From Candidatus Hermodarchaeota archaeon (GTDB taxonomy: Archaea > Asgardarchaeota > Lokiarchaeia > Sigyniarchaeales > SOKP01), in NCBI GenBank assembly GCA_048885925.1, contig JBHLLG010000001.1:131105-195104 (forward strand): a DNA stretch of 64,000 bases. Reading direction: 5' to 3'. A program made the position numbers and the translations under genes. Below the pieces are notes generated by a model, which saw only the letters and a program-made list of their open reading frames with translations, had not been told where the DNA came from and searched no databases. The first letter of the stretch is position 1; each line of letters begins with the position of its first letter. Shown in pieces: positions 1 through 9,827 of this stretch.

Positions 1-72
1 AACCTAAAACCTTAATACTTAGCTCATGATCTACTAGTATTAATAAAATTTAAAGAATTATATGAATTTCCA

Positions 73-1338
73 ATGTCTTCTGAATTTGAAAAAAAACTTG
101 AAAAATATGCTGAAGTAATTTTGAACGTTGGACTTAATCTACAAAAAGGACAGCGTCTATTGATTGGTGCAAGTAATCCCAGTAATCGGGGAACTCCTCT
201 CGAATTGGCCTCATTTGTGAGAGTCATTGTTAGGAAGGCATATCAAATGGGAGCTAGATTTGTTGAAGTATTATGGGATGATCCACAATTGCGTTTAATT
301 CGATTCATGCATGCTCCTCGTGATTCTTTTGAAGAATTAGCTACATGGCGAAGAGAAGCACAACTGGAGTTTGCCGAAAATGAGGATGCAGTTCTCGCAA
401 TTGGTGGCCAGGATCCTGAGTTGTTCGTTAACCAAGATTCTGAACTTATCGTGACTGAAGGAAAGTCAGTTTCAAAACATTTTAAACCTGTTATGGATCT
501 ACTAGTAAAAAATGCCTTCAATTGGACAGCAATTGTAGCGCCGGTCGATGGTTGGACAGAAAAAGTGTTCCCTGATCTTTCCCTAGATGATCAAACAACC
601 AACTTCTGGGAGATTATCTTTGAAGTGTGTCGGATCAATTATGACGATCCAGTTTCAGCATGGCAAGAACATATATCTCAACTAGTCGCTAGGTGCGAAT
701 ACTTAAATCTAAAAAAATATAAATCATTGAAATTGGAAGCTCCTGGGACAGATATTACAATTGGACTTCCTAAAGGCCATATATGGGGGAGTGCTCTATT
801 TGAAACTCCAAGTGGCATTGGTTTTGTAGGAAACATCCCAACTGAGGAAGTATTTACTCTACCTCATAGAGATAAAACTGAGGGTGTGGTAAAAGCAACA
901 AAACCTCTATATTATAGAGAGAGTGTAATTGAGGATTTTACTCTTACTTTTTCGAAGGGAAAAGTTATAAAAGCAACTGCTTCTAAGGGACAGGAATTTT
1001 TAGAAGGATTAATAAAATTTGACGAAGGTGCAAGTCGAATAGGTGAAATAGCACTTATTCCGAACAGTTCACCGATTTCGCAATCAGGTTTGCTTTTTTA
1101 CAATTCTCTCTTAGATGAAAATGCTTCATGTCATATAGCTTTAGGAAGAGCCTATCAATTCAGTTTACAGAATGGTGAAAAGATGTCTGATGAGGAATTT
1201 ATAGCTGCGGGAGGTAATGTAAGTCTTATCCATATGGATTTTATGATCGGTTCAGAAGAAATGGATATAGATGGAATTACTGAAGATGGTACAGCTGAAC
1301 CAATTATACGAGATGGGGAATGGGCTTTTGAGGTATAG
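73..1338 (+). CDS. Aminopeptidase, peptidase family M29 (AmpT/AmpS/PepS-like)
   Basis: Family motifs NIPTEEVFT, GEIAL, LLDENASCHIALG, GGNxSxIHxDFMIG; 421 aa. Confidence 0.93.
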   Translation: MSSEFEKKLEKYAEVILNVGLNLQKGQRLLIGASNPSNRGTPLELASFVRVIVRKAYQMGARFVEVLWDDPQLRLIRFMHAPRDSFEELATWRREAQLEFAENEDAVLAIGGQDPELFVNQDSELIVTEGKSVSKHFKPVMDLLVKNAFNWTAIVAPVDGWTEKVFPDLSLDDQTTNFWEIIFEVCRINYDDPVSAWQEHISQLVARCEYLNLKKYKSLKLEAPGTDITIGLPKGHIWGSALFETPSGIGFVGNIPTEEVFTLPHRDKTEGVVKATKPLYYRESVIEDFTLTFSKGKVIKATASKGQEFLEGLIKFDEGASRIGEIALIPNSSPISQSGLLFYNSLLDENASCHIALGRAYQFSLQNGEKMSDEEFIAAGGNVSLIHMDFMIGSEEMDIDGITEDGTAEPIIRDGEWAFEV

Positions 1339-1344
1339 TTTAAA

Positions 1345-1626
1345 TTAAATTAATTCTTCTAAATCCATTTCATTATGTTTATTCTTTGTTCGCTTGATAT
1401 AGATTGTTCGTAAATTATCAAATTCCGCTTTAAAACATGTTTGACATTCCTCTTGCTCATCAGGAGTAGCAGGTTCAATACGTACTTCATATCCAATTGA
1501 TTTATACAATTCTACATATTCATTAACCCTATGTTCTTCAATTGTAAATCCTTTTTCCCAGTCTTTTCCTCTGAGTGGAACATTTAGATTTCTATCATCT
1601 TTACTTTTTTCTTTATCTGAAACCAA
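1345..1626 (-). CDS. Small hypothetical protein with a CxxC motif, divergent from the oah-dch-had-bzd operon
   Basis: 93 aa ORF filling the intergenic gap with protein-like composition; motifs EYVELYKSIGYEV and ECQTCF. Confidence 0.7.
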   Translation of the reverse strand: MVSDKEKSKDDRNLNVPLRGKDWEKGFTIEEHRVNEYVELYKSIGYEVRIEPATPDEQEECQTCFKAEFDNLRTIYIKRTKNKHNEMDLEELI

Positions 1627-1848
1627 AATTATTGTCTCCCATTTATTATTTTCTTTCTCGAATCTACATTAGATATAATTATAATGTTCAGTTTAAATCT
1701 TACTCTTTTTTGTAATCCTTCTGATTTATGCTTTTAGTGGCATTTTATTCCCACTAAACCTTTTCTATTAACAAATTTTATATTATTGTGGAAAATTATC
1801 TTAAAATAATAATAAAAATAAAAGAAATCAAAAACATTAAGTTTTGAA

Positions 1849-2817
1849 GTGTTAGTAATGACTTATACAAAAGAACCAAATTTTACTCCTAAGGACCCAA
1901 AAGATTTTGAATTTAAAGAAATAATTTATGAAAAGAAAGATTGGAAAGCTACTGTTACTATTAATCGTCCGGAAGTTTATAATGCGTATTCAACCCTAAC
2001 ATTAATGGAAATGATTGAAGCTTTTCACGATGCTGCCTGGGATAATAAAGTTGCTGTAATTATCTTAACAGGAGCAGGTGATAAAGCTTTTTGTACTGGT
2101 GGAGATGTAAAAGAATATAGAGAAAGATTTACCGTACAACCTGCTGAGTATTGGAAATGGATGAGCATTTTTCAAGAAGCTCATGATGTTTTTCGAAATA
2201 TTGGTAAACCTACTATTGCAAGAATTAACGGTATTGTTGCAGGTGGAGGGAATGAATGGCAAATGGCTTGCGATTTAGCTATAGCTGCAGATCATGCTAC
2301 TATTAGGCAGGTAGGGACAAGAGTAGGATCTGTAGCTTGTGGAGGAGCAACTCAGTGGTTGCCTATTATTGTAGGGGATCGCAGAGCAAGGGAAATTTTA
2401 TATCTCTGTGAACCTATCTCAGCGCAAAAAGCGTTAGAATGGGGCTTAGTAAATGAAGTCGTACCGTATGCTGAAATCGATGGGGCTATAGATAAAATGT
2501 CTCAGAAACTTATTGATAAGTTTCCAGAATGTATGAGGTATACGAAACAACAAGTTAATTTTTGGAAAGATCTCGTTTGGCATCAAACTATTGGTCATGC
2601 TAAAGACTGGTTATCAATTCATTATGCTTCATGGGAACCACTTGAAGGAATGACAGCATTTGTAGAAAAACGTCCTCCAAACTATAGAGGCGTACGAAAA
2701 AGTTCTCACCCTGAGTTCTTATGGGGACCTCCTTCAGTTACATGTCCTTCATGTCAAGCAAAGAGTTTACCTTCTGATTTCGAGTTTTGTGGTAAATGTG
2801 GAGCAAAACTAAAATAA
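1849..2817 (+). CDS. oah: 6-oxocyclohex-1-ene-1-carbonyl-CoA hydrolase (Oah/BzdY/BamA-like crotonase) with C-terminal zinc ribbon
   Basis: Crotonase motifs AFCTGGD and GGGNE; QVGTRVGSVACGGAT; first gene of the dch/had/bzd operon; C-terminal CPSC..FCGKC. The start may be the ATG at 1858. Confidence 0.82.
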   Translation: MLVMTYTKEPNFTPKDPKDFEFKEIIYEKKDWKATVTINRPEVYNAYSTLTLMEMIEAFHDAAWDNKVAVIILTGAGDKAFCTGGDVKEYRERFTVQPAEYWKWMSIFQEAHDVFRNIGKPTIARINGIVAGGGNEWQMACDLAIAADHATIRQVGTRVGSVACGGATQWLPIIVGDRRAREILYLCEPISAQKALEWGLVNEVVPYAEIDGAIDKMSQKLIDKFPECMRYTKQQVNFWKDLVWHQTIGHAKDWLSIHYASWEPLEGMTAFVEKRPPNYRGVRKSSHPEFLWGPPSVTCPSCQAKSLPSDFEFCGKCGAKLK

Positions 2818-2894
2818 AAATGAAAATTTTTTTTATTAGAAAAAAGAATTAAAATATCTTAAAAGAAAATAATAGCCATATTGAGTGAAAGGAT

Positions 2895-3662
2895 TTGACG
2901 AACGATTTAATTATCGTTGAAAAAGCCGATAATATAGGAAAAATAATATTCAATAATGGTCCGTTGAATATCTTAACAATAAGTATGATGGAGCAAATTA
3001 ATAAAGCTCTTGATGAATTTCTTGAAGATGAATCTTTAAAAGTAGTTATTTTCGATCATAATGGAAAAGCTTTTTCCGCAGGAGTTGACGTTGGCGATCA
3101 TATAGGTGATAAAGCTCCAAAAATGATTAAGGAATTCCATGGGATTTTTAGAAAGCTTAACAAATTAAAATGCCCAACAATTGCATGCGTTAAAGGAGCT
3201 GCATTAGGAGGAGGATGCGAAATTGCTATATTTTGTGATATTGTACTCACCTCAGATAAAGCTAAATTTGGACAACCTGAAATTAAAGTGGGAGTATTCC
3301 CACCAATAGCAGTCTTAGCTTTTCCCCAAATCATAGGAAATAAGAAAGCATTTGAACTAATTATGTTAGGTGAAATTATTGATGCTAATGAGGCTCATAG
3401 ACTTGGAATTTCTAATTATATGTTCCCTGTTGATTCATATGAACAAGAATTTTCCAAATTTATTGAATCTTTTAATAATTTAAGTACGTTAGTTTTACAA
3501 TATACAAAGAAAGCGTTCAACAAAGCTTTAGGAATTGATTTTGAAACTAAATTGAATGAAATTGAAGAATTTTATCTTAAAGAATTAATGTCTACACATG
3601 ATGCAAATGAAGGTTTACAAGCATTCTTAGAGAAAAGATCACCCAAATGGCAGAATCGTTAA
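2895..3662 (+). CDS. dch: Cyclohexa-1,5-diene-1-carbonyl-CoA hydratase (Dch/BzdW-like enoyl-CoA hydratase)
   Basis: FSAGVDVGDH, GGGCE, FGQPEIKVGVFPP crotonase motifs; operon context. Confidence 0.82.
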   Translation: MTNDLIIVEKADNIGKIIFNNGPLNILTISMMEQINKALDEFLEDESLKVVIFDHNGKAFSAGVDVGDHIGDKAPKMIKEFHGIFRKLNKLKCPTIACVKGAALGGGCEIAIFCDIVLTSDKAKFGQPEIKVGVFPPIAVLAFPQIIGNKKAFELIMLGEIIDANEAHRLGISNYMFPVDSYEQEFSKFIESFNNLSTLVLQYTKKAFNKALGIDFETKLNEIEEFYLKELMSTHDANEGLQAFLEKRSPKWQNR

Positions 3663-3730
3663 TTTTCTTAAATTTAATAAGAATTAGGTTTAAATTGAAA
3701 TAATAATAAAACAAATTGTAGGAAAGAAAG

Positions 3731-4777
3731 ATGAAAGCAGCCATTTTTGAACAAGTTAAGGAACCTTTAAAAGTAGATAGCAATTATCCTGACCCTAGTA
3801 TTTCAGGTGAGGAAGGTCATGCAATAATAGAAATCGAAGCATGTGGAGTCTGTCATACTGATTTTGGTTATTTAGAACATGGAGTACCTACATTTAAACA
3901 ACCACCTCTAATACTAGGTCATGAAATATCAGGACGTGTTAAAGAGGTAAATGAGGATGTTAAACATTTCAAAGTAGGAGATCATGTTATTATTCCTGCT
4001 GTTTTATCCTGTGGATACTGTGTTAATTGTAGAACAGGTAGAGAGAATATTTGCCTCAATCAGATAATGCTTGGAAATCATATTGATGGAGGATTTGCTG
4101 AACAAATTAAGGTTCCTATAAAAGATGTGGTTCATCTTCCAACTGAAATGTCATTAGAAGAAAGTTGTATAATTTCAGATGCAGTTTCAACACCATACCA
4201 TGCTGTGAAAAATCGAGGTCAAGTAAGACCTGGTGATTGGGCGGTGGTTATAGGTTGTGGTGGAATTGGTTTAAATGTGGTCCAAAATATTAAAGTAGCA
4301 GGAGGTCTAGCCATAGCTGTTGATATTGTCCCAAAAAAGTTAGAGGTAGCTAAACAAATTGGCGCTTCGGAAACTATTTTAGCAAAAGGTATGGATGAAA
4401 AAGAAATTGTTGGAGCTATTAGAAAAATAACAGGAGGAGGAGCAGATATAGCATTTGAAGCTATCGGACATCCCGAGACAATGAAACAAGCATTTAATAG
4501 TTTGCGAACTGGAGGTCGTCTAGTTGCTGTAGGATATTCAGCTAAACGTTGGGATGGATTCGATATTGGTCGTGTAATGTTTCGAGAGATGGAAATAATG
4601 GGAAGTCTTGGTTGCCGTCCTGTTGATTATCCACATATTATTAATTTAGTAAGGAATGGTTCACTTCAGCTTAAACCACTAATTACTCATAAATTCCCAT
4701 TGTCGGAAATTAATGAAGCCTTTGACGTCATGCGTCGTGGAGAAGGAATTAGAATAATTATACAATGTCAAAAGTAG
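3731..4777 (+). CDS. had: 6-hydroxycyclohex-1-ene-1-carbonyl-CoA dehydrogenase (Had/BzdX, Zn-dependent MDR)
   Basis: CGVCHTD, LGHEISG, structural Zn CGYCVNC..C, DAVSTPY, GCGGIG; operon context. Confidence 0.85.
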   Translation: MKAAIFEQVKEPLKVDSNYPDPSISGEEGHAIIEIEACGVCHTDFGYLEHGVPTFKQPPLILGHEISGRVKEVNEDVKHFKVGDHVIIPAVLSCGYCVNCRTGRENICLNQIMLGNHIDGGFAEQIKVPIKDVVHLPTEMSLEESCIISDAVSTPYHAVKNRGQVRPGDWAVVIGCGGIGLNVVQNIKVAGGLAIAVDIVPKKLEVAKQIGASETILAKGMDEKEIVGAIRKITGGGADIAFEAIGHPETMKQAFNSLRTGGRLVAVGYSAKRWDGFDIGRVMFREMEIMGSLGCRPVDYPHIINLVRNGSLQLKPLITHKFPLSEINEAFDVMRRGEGIRIIIQCQK

Positions 4778-4844
4778 AGGTTTAATAAAATTTTTAATTC
4801 ATTTTTTACTTTCAAAATTAGAATGAATCAAGGGGATATAAAGA

Positions 4845-5969
4845 TTGTTTGAACAATTTAAAGATTGGTATGAAAATCGTCATGATTACGCGAAAAAATG
4901 GAAAGAACGGACTGGTGGAAAAATAATAGGATATTTTTGTACCTATGTTCCTGAAGAAATTCTCTATGCTGCGGATATCTTACCAGTAAGGATATTGGGA
5001 AGTCATGAGCCACAAGATGTCTCTGAACCACATATCTTTGCGATGTTCTGTCCATTTTGTCGTGATTGTTTAGCACAAGGCTTGAAAGGGCGATATGATT
5101 ATCTAGATGGAATTATGATAGCTCAAAGTTGTCTCCATATTAGACAAGCTTTTACGAGTTGGGATCTCCACATTCCTGTGGATTACAAATATTATTTACC
5201 ACACCCAATGAATGTTCAAAGTTCTCATGCTGTTCCTTATTTAACCGAAGAGTTAAAATTATTCAGGAAATCAGTCGAAGAGTGGGCTGGAAAACAAATT
5301 TCAGATGAAGATGTTAAGCGCGGAATTGAAATCATGAATAAAAATAGACGACTTTTACAAAAAGTATATGAATTAAGGAAAAATCCCAATCCGCCATTAA
5401 CCGGTCTTGAAGCAATGCATATGGTGGTATCTTCGCAGATGATTGATAAACAAGAACATAGTAAAGCCTTAGAGGAACTTCTCCAAAAACTCCCTTCAAG
5501 AAGCTTAGATGAGCCAGGTGAGCGATTAATGATATTGGGATCTGAAGACGATGATACTGAATTTGTGGCAATGGTTGAAGATTTAGGGGCAAGATTCGTA
5601 ATTGATGATCATTGTACTGGTACACGATATTTTAATACTTTAGTAAATACAAATGGAGATCCATTAGGTTCAATAGCAGAAAGATACGTAAAACGTACAC
5701 CATGTCCAAGTAAGGATTGGCCTCAACGCACAAGACTTGAAAGCATTATTCAATTAGCTAAAGAATATGATGTACAAGGAGCAATTATAATGCAAATGAA
5801 ATTTTGTGACCCACATGAGTTAGATACAGTCATCATAAAAGAAACTTTAGAGAAAGAACTAAATATTCAGACATTATTTCTTGAATTTGATGTTACCGTC
5901 CCAATTGGTCAATTTAAAACGCGGGTAGAAGCGTTTCTTGAAATAATAAGAGAAGAGGATCTATTTTAA
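4845..5969 (+). CDS. bzdN: Benzoyl-CoA reductase, bzd-type, subunit N
   Basis: HgdB/FldB-family motifs CTYVPEE, MFCPFCRDCL, DDHCTGTRYF, KFCDPHELD; TTG start. Confidence 0.9.
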   Translation: MFEQFKDWYENRHDYAKKWKERTGGKIIGYFCTYVPEEILYAADILPVRILGSHEPQDVSEPHIFAMFCPFCRDCLAQGLKGRYDYLDGIMIAQSCLHIRQAFTSWDLHIPVDYKYYLPHPMNVQSSHAVPYLTEELKLFRKSVEEWAGKQISDEDVKRGIEIMNKNRRLLQKVYELRKNPNPPLTGLEAMHMVVSSQMIDKQEHSKALEELLQKLPSRSLDEPGERLMILGSEDDDTEFVAMVEDLGARFVIDDHCTGTRYFNTLVNTNGDPLGSIAERYVKRTPCPSKDWPQRTRLESIIQLAKEYDVQGAIIMQMKFCDPHELDTVIIKETLEKELNIQTLFLEFDVTVPIGQFKTRVEAFLEIIREEDLF

Positions 5970-5987
5970 AAAAAAAGAGGATTTAAA

Positions 5988-7301
5988 ATGATGGAAACAA
6001 AATATCCAACCGAACAATTGATGTGTTGGAATAAGGCTAAAGTTCTCAGAGAGAATTATTATAAAGATTTTGCTGAAGCCCATGATAAAGGAGGGTTACG
6101 ATGGGCAGGAGGAGCATGGTCTTTTGATGCTATTCCTGCTGGTTTAGGAGATGATGTATATTCCCTAACTGGAGAACCTTATGGTGCAACAGTAGCCTTT
6201 AATGATAAATTTGCTTTGGAGTGTCATGAAGCAACTGAAGCAAGAGGATTCGCACGAGATCTATGTTCTTATATGCGAAATTATTGGGGCTCTATTCTTA
6301 TTAATAAATACGCATGGCCACAATTTTCCGAAGAATTCCCAAAACCAGACTTTATATGGCAAGATCATATCTGTTGTTCACATGCTAAGTGGTATCAAGT
6401 GGCAAGCGATCTTGAAGGAGGAATTCCTATGTTTGATATCGATGTATCAGTCGGACCATATGAAGAAATAACAGAACATAAAGTTAATTATATTGTTGGA
6501 CAAATGCATGATGGTATTAAATGGCTAGAAAAGATTACAGGAAGAGATTATGATGATGAGTTATTAATTAAAGCAGTTAAGAACGAATTTCGTACATGTC
6601 ATTATTGGGCAGCAATTTGCGAGCTTAATAAAGCAATACCCGCTCCGTTAGATGAAAAATCAATGTATTCATTATATGTTCTTGGAACTCTAAGAAAATC
6701 TGCTCAATGGACGGCAGATTTTTATGAAAAGGAGTTGTATCCAGAAGTAAAAGATCGTGTAGCAAGAGGTATAGCGGCTGTTGGAAATGAGCGGTGTCGA
6801 ATTATGACAGATACTCAACCTCCATGGGCATTTTTAAGAATATTCCGTTACTTAGAGCAATATGGATGCGTTTCAATTGGAAGTCTCTATACATTCGGTT
6901 TGATTGGTTTATGGGAAATCAAAGAAGATGGAACTTGGGGTCCTAGATCTATTCCTGATTTTGAAATTACTAATAGAGATGAAGCTTTACGAGCTCTGGC
7001 TGAATGGAATTTAAGTAAACCGGAATGGCAACATTTTTATCATCCAAAACTTAAATCTGATATGATGATTAGAATCGCAAAGGAATGGAAGTTAGATGGC
7101 GTCTTTTTGCATTTTAATAGAGGATGTGAAGGTTTAAGCCTTGGAATTGCAGAGAATCGTTTGGCTATACAAAAAGCAGGGATTCCAACAATGCCATTTG
7201 AAGGAAACATGGGAGATGAGAGAGAATTTGATCTTGAGAGAACAATGAAGCGAGTAGATGCCTTCATGGAGTCATTAGGAATAGAAAAAATGAAAATTTA
7301 A
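5988..7301 (+). CDS. bzdO: Benzoyl-CoA reductase, bzd-type, subunit O
   Basis: [48 protein letters not shown]. Confidence 0.9.
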   Translation: MMETKYPTEQLMCWNKAKVLRENYYKDFAEAHDKGGLRWAGGAWSFDAIPAGLGDDVYSLTGEPYGATVAFNDKFALECHEATEARGFARDLCSYMRNYWGSILINKYAWPQFSEEFPKPDFIWQDHICCSHAKWYQVASDLEGGIPMFDIDVSVGPYEEITEHKVNYIVGQMHDGIKWLEKITGRDYDDELLIKAVKNEFRTCHYWAAICELNKAIPAPLDEKSMYSLYVLGTLRKSAQWTADFYEKELYPEVKDRVARGIAAVGNERCRIMTDTQPPWAFLRIFRYLEQYGCVSIGSLYTFGLIGLWEIKEDGTWGPRSIPDFEITNRDEALRALAEWNLSKPEWQHFYHPKLKSDMMIRIAKEWKLDGVFLHFNRGCEGLSLGIAENRLAIQKAGIPTMPFEGNMGDEREFDLERTMKRVDAFMESLGIEKMKI

Positions 7302-7309
7302 AAAGAGCG

Positions 7310-7819
7310 TTGGAAATTAATCTCATGAAACGATATATAACCATAATTATCAGCCTTTTTACAATACTGGTGGTTTTTTTCGCGCCTTTTGGTATCATGA
7401 TAGATTTAGGTCCCGGGCCAAATAGTATTGTTTCAATGATATGGGAAGTTCCTCTTAGACCAGCATGGTATTCGATTCGGTTTTTCAGCGCATTTCTGTA
7501 TTATTTTGAATATATTTTTTTTAGACTTATCTTTGTAGTATATGTTATTCTATTAATGATTGGGAAATTTAATAAAAAGCGGTTTATATTGATTGGTTTG
7601 ATAAGTGAGCTTATTCCTTTAGTAATGGCAATAGTTTCAACATTTATCCTTAATGAACATGGAGATAACTTGCATCCAATCATATATCCAATCCCATTTT
7701 TAATGATATTTGATCTAATTATAGTTTATTTAACAAGCAGATTAGGTCTTATTAAAGTAAATAATGAAATTTATAAAAATAAAAATTTAAAAGAAAATAT
7801 GGAAAGTGGTTCAATGTGA
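7310..7819 (+). CDS. Hypothetical integral membrane protein (about 4 TM) between bzdO and bzdP
   Basis: Four hydrophobic stretches; stop overlaps the GTG start of bzdP; likely true start is the ATG at 7325. Confidence 0.7.
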   Translation: MEINLMKRYITIIISLFTILVVFFAPFGIMIDLGPGPNSIVSMIWEVPLRPAWYSIRFFSAFLYYFEYIFFRLIFVVYVILLMIGKFNKKRFILIGLISELIPLVMAIVSTFILNEHGDNLHPIIYPIPFLMIFDLIIVYLTSRLGLIKVNNEIYKNKNLKENMESGSM

Positions 7820-8601
7820 TAACAGCGGGAATTGATTGCGGATCGAAAAATACAAAAGTTGTCATTGTAAAAGAGGGTGTTGTTTTATCAACCGCTTCGG
7901 TATTAAGTGGTTTTGACCAAGAGGAATCAGCAGAACAAGCATTAAAGAATGCTTTAGAAAAAACCGGAATAAAACGTGAAGATGTTGAACATATTACGGC
8001 TACAGGAGCAGGGATGGAAGCAATAAAGTTTTCTCATAATACAATCACTACGATAACGGCAGATGCTAGAGGTACTTATTCAATATTTCCTTCAGTTCGT
8101 ACTATCATTGATATCGGAGCAGAAGAAGGATTAGTTGTAAAAGTTGATGAGCAAGGAAAAGTTAAAGATTTTGGAATAAATGAGAAATGTGCTGCTGGAG
8201 CAGGTGCGTTTATAGAAGCTATGTCAAGAGCTTTAGAAGTGGATATCGAAGATATGGGAGAACTTTCTTTGAAATCCACAAAACAAATTCCTATGAATGC
8301 TCAATGTACAATCTTTGCAGAATCCGAGGTAGTTTCATTAATTCACCAAAAAACTGCTAAAGAAGATATTATTAAAGCCGTACATGATGCAATAGCAGAT
8401 AGAAATACAAGTATGGTACGTCAGATAGGTATTGAGCAAGATGTAGCGTTGATTGGTGGTGTTGCTAATAATATCGGTTTTGTAGATGCAATGAATAAGA
8501 ACTTAGGTTTTGAACTTTTAGTACCTAAAAATGGAATTGCTCCAGAATTTGTTAGCGCATTAGGAGCTGCGCTTATAGCTCAAGATAAAATAGGAGGCTA
8601 G
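7816..8601 (+). CDS. bzdP: Benzoyl-CoA reductase, bzd-type, subunit P (ASKHA ATPase activator)
   Basis: GIDCGSKNTK, IIDIGAEE, NEKCAAGAG, CTIFAESEV, GGVA. Confidence 0.88.
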   Translation: MITAGIDCGSKNTKVVIVKEGVVLSTASVLSGFDQEESAEQALKNALEKTGIKREDVEHITATGAGMEAIKFSHNTITTITADARGTYSIFPSVRTIIDIGAEEGLVVKVDEQGKVKDFGINEKCAAGAGAFIEAMSRALEVDIEDMGELSLKSTKQIPMNAQCTIFAESEVVSLIHQKTAKEDIIKAVHDAIADRNTSMVRQIGIEQDVALIGGVANNIGFVDAMNKNLGFELLVPKNGIAPEFVSALGAALIAQDKIGG

Positions 8602-8605
8602 AATT

Positions 8606-9493
8606 ATGTCAAATGCAGAATCAGAAAAGGAATATTGGAGATGGACTGAATCTCGTTATACTAGTCCTGATGTAAAATGGGAGGATGGTGAAATTATTTC
8701 AGCAGGAGTGGATGTTGGTTCGGTTAGTACTCAAGCAGTTATCATGGTAGATGGAGAAATTTACTGTTATTCAAGTATGAGAACTGGTAGTGATAGTCCT
8801 GATAGTGCTAAAAATGCTATGGATTGGGCACTCGAGGGTACTGGTTTAACTTTAGATAAAATTCAATATGTTGTTGGAACTGGATACGGTCGAGTTAATG
8901 TTCCATTTGCAAAGAGAGCTATTACTGAAATAGCATGCCATGCAAGAGGTGCTAATTTCATTTATGGTCCAGAAATAAGGACTGTATTAGATATGGGGGG
9001 TCAAGATTGTAAAGCAATACGATGTGATCAACGCGGTAAAGTTACAGCATTTCTTATGAACGATAAATGTGCAGCAGGAACAGGAAGAGGTATGGAAGTA
9101 TTTGCAGACTTACTTCAAGTACATATCAATGATGTAGGTAAAATGTCTTTAGAAGTTGATGAAGAACCAGAGCCAGTTAGCAGCACTTGTGTTGTGTTTG
9201 CAAAATCAGAAGCAGTAGGATTACTAAGAAAGGGATGGCCAAAAGAAAAAGTTTTAGCTGCATATTGCTCAGCTATGGCACATCGAGTTGTGACTCTATT
9301 ATTACGACTTGGAATCGAGGAAAAATTTGCAATAACCGGCGGGATCGCTAAAAATATTGGAGTGGTTAAAAGACTTGAAGATGAATTAAAACTTAAAGCT
9401 CCCGAGCCGAAGATTGATCCCCAAATTGCAGGAGCGATTGGTGCTGCTTTATTTGCTAAAGCTTTAGTTGAAAAAGAACTTAAAAAGGCTTAA
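8606..9493 (+). CDS. bzdQ: Benzoyl-CoA reductase, bzd-type, subunit Q (ASKHA ATPase activator)
   Basis: N-terminal EYWRWTE, GVDVGSVS, TGYGRVNVPFA, DMGGQDCK, MNDKCAAGTGRG. Confidence 0.9.
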   Translation: MSNAESEKEYWRWTESRYTSPDVKWEDGEIISAGVDVGSVSTQAVIMVDGEIYCYSSMRTGSDSPDSAKNAMDWALEGTGLTLDKIQYVVGTGYGRVNVPFAKRAITEIACHARGANFIYGPEIRTVLDMGGQDCKAIRCDQRGKVTAFLMNDKCAAGTGRGMEVFADLLQVHINDVGKMSLEVDEEPEPVSSTCVVFAKSEAVGLLRKGWPKEKVLAAYCSAMAHRVVTLLLRLGIEEKFAITGGIAKNIGVVKRLEDELKLKAPEPKIDPQIAGAIGAALFAKALVEKELKKA

Positions 9494-9529
9494 ATTTATT
9501 TTAAAATATTTAAAAAGAAAGGGAAGTAA

Positions 9530-9820
9530 ATGACAAAAGCAAATTATGGTTATAAAGATGGTTCTGGGGAATACTTTATTACCATCGATACGGATTTGTG
9601 TAATTCATGTGGAAAATGCGTAGAAGCATGTCCAGTAGCTGTTCTTGAAATGGCTGAAAATGAGTTAGATCCTCTAGGAGATGAAATTATTGCGATAGTT
9701 TCTGAAGAACATCGTAAGAAAATAAAATATTCATGTGCTCCTTGTAAACCGGGTGGTAAAACAAAAGAACTACCTTGTGTAGAAGCATGTGAACCAGGAG
9801 CAATCTCTCACTCTTGGTAA
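9530..9820 (+). CDS. bzdM: 2[4Fe-4S] ferredoxin associated with benzoyl-CoA reductase (BzdM-like)
   Basis: ANYGYKDGSGEYFITID, CNSCGKCVEACP, CAPCKP..PCVEAC, ends ISHSW. Confidence 0.85.
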   Translation: MTKANYGYKDGSGEYFITIDTDLCNSCGKCVEACPVAVLEMAENELDPLGDEIIAIVSEEHRKKIKYSCAPCKPGGKTKELPCVEACEPGAISHSW

Positions 9821-9827
9821 TTCATAA

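Noticed and set aside
1849-2817. Possible MenB (naphthoate synthase) or BadI call
   Set aside because: The fold is related, but adjacency to dch, had and bzdNOPQ and the absence of men genes favour Oah.
4845-9493. Possible 2-hydroxyacyl-CoA dehydratase plus activator (amino-acid fermentation)
   Set aside because: Two distinct activator subunits, a BzdM-type ferredoxin and the ring-cleavage genes point to benzoyl-CoA reductase.
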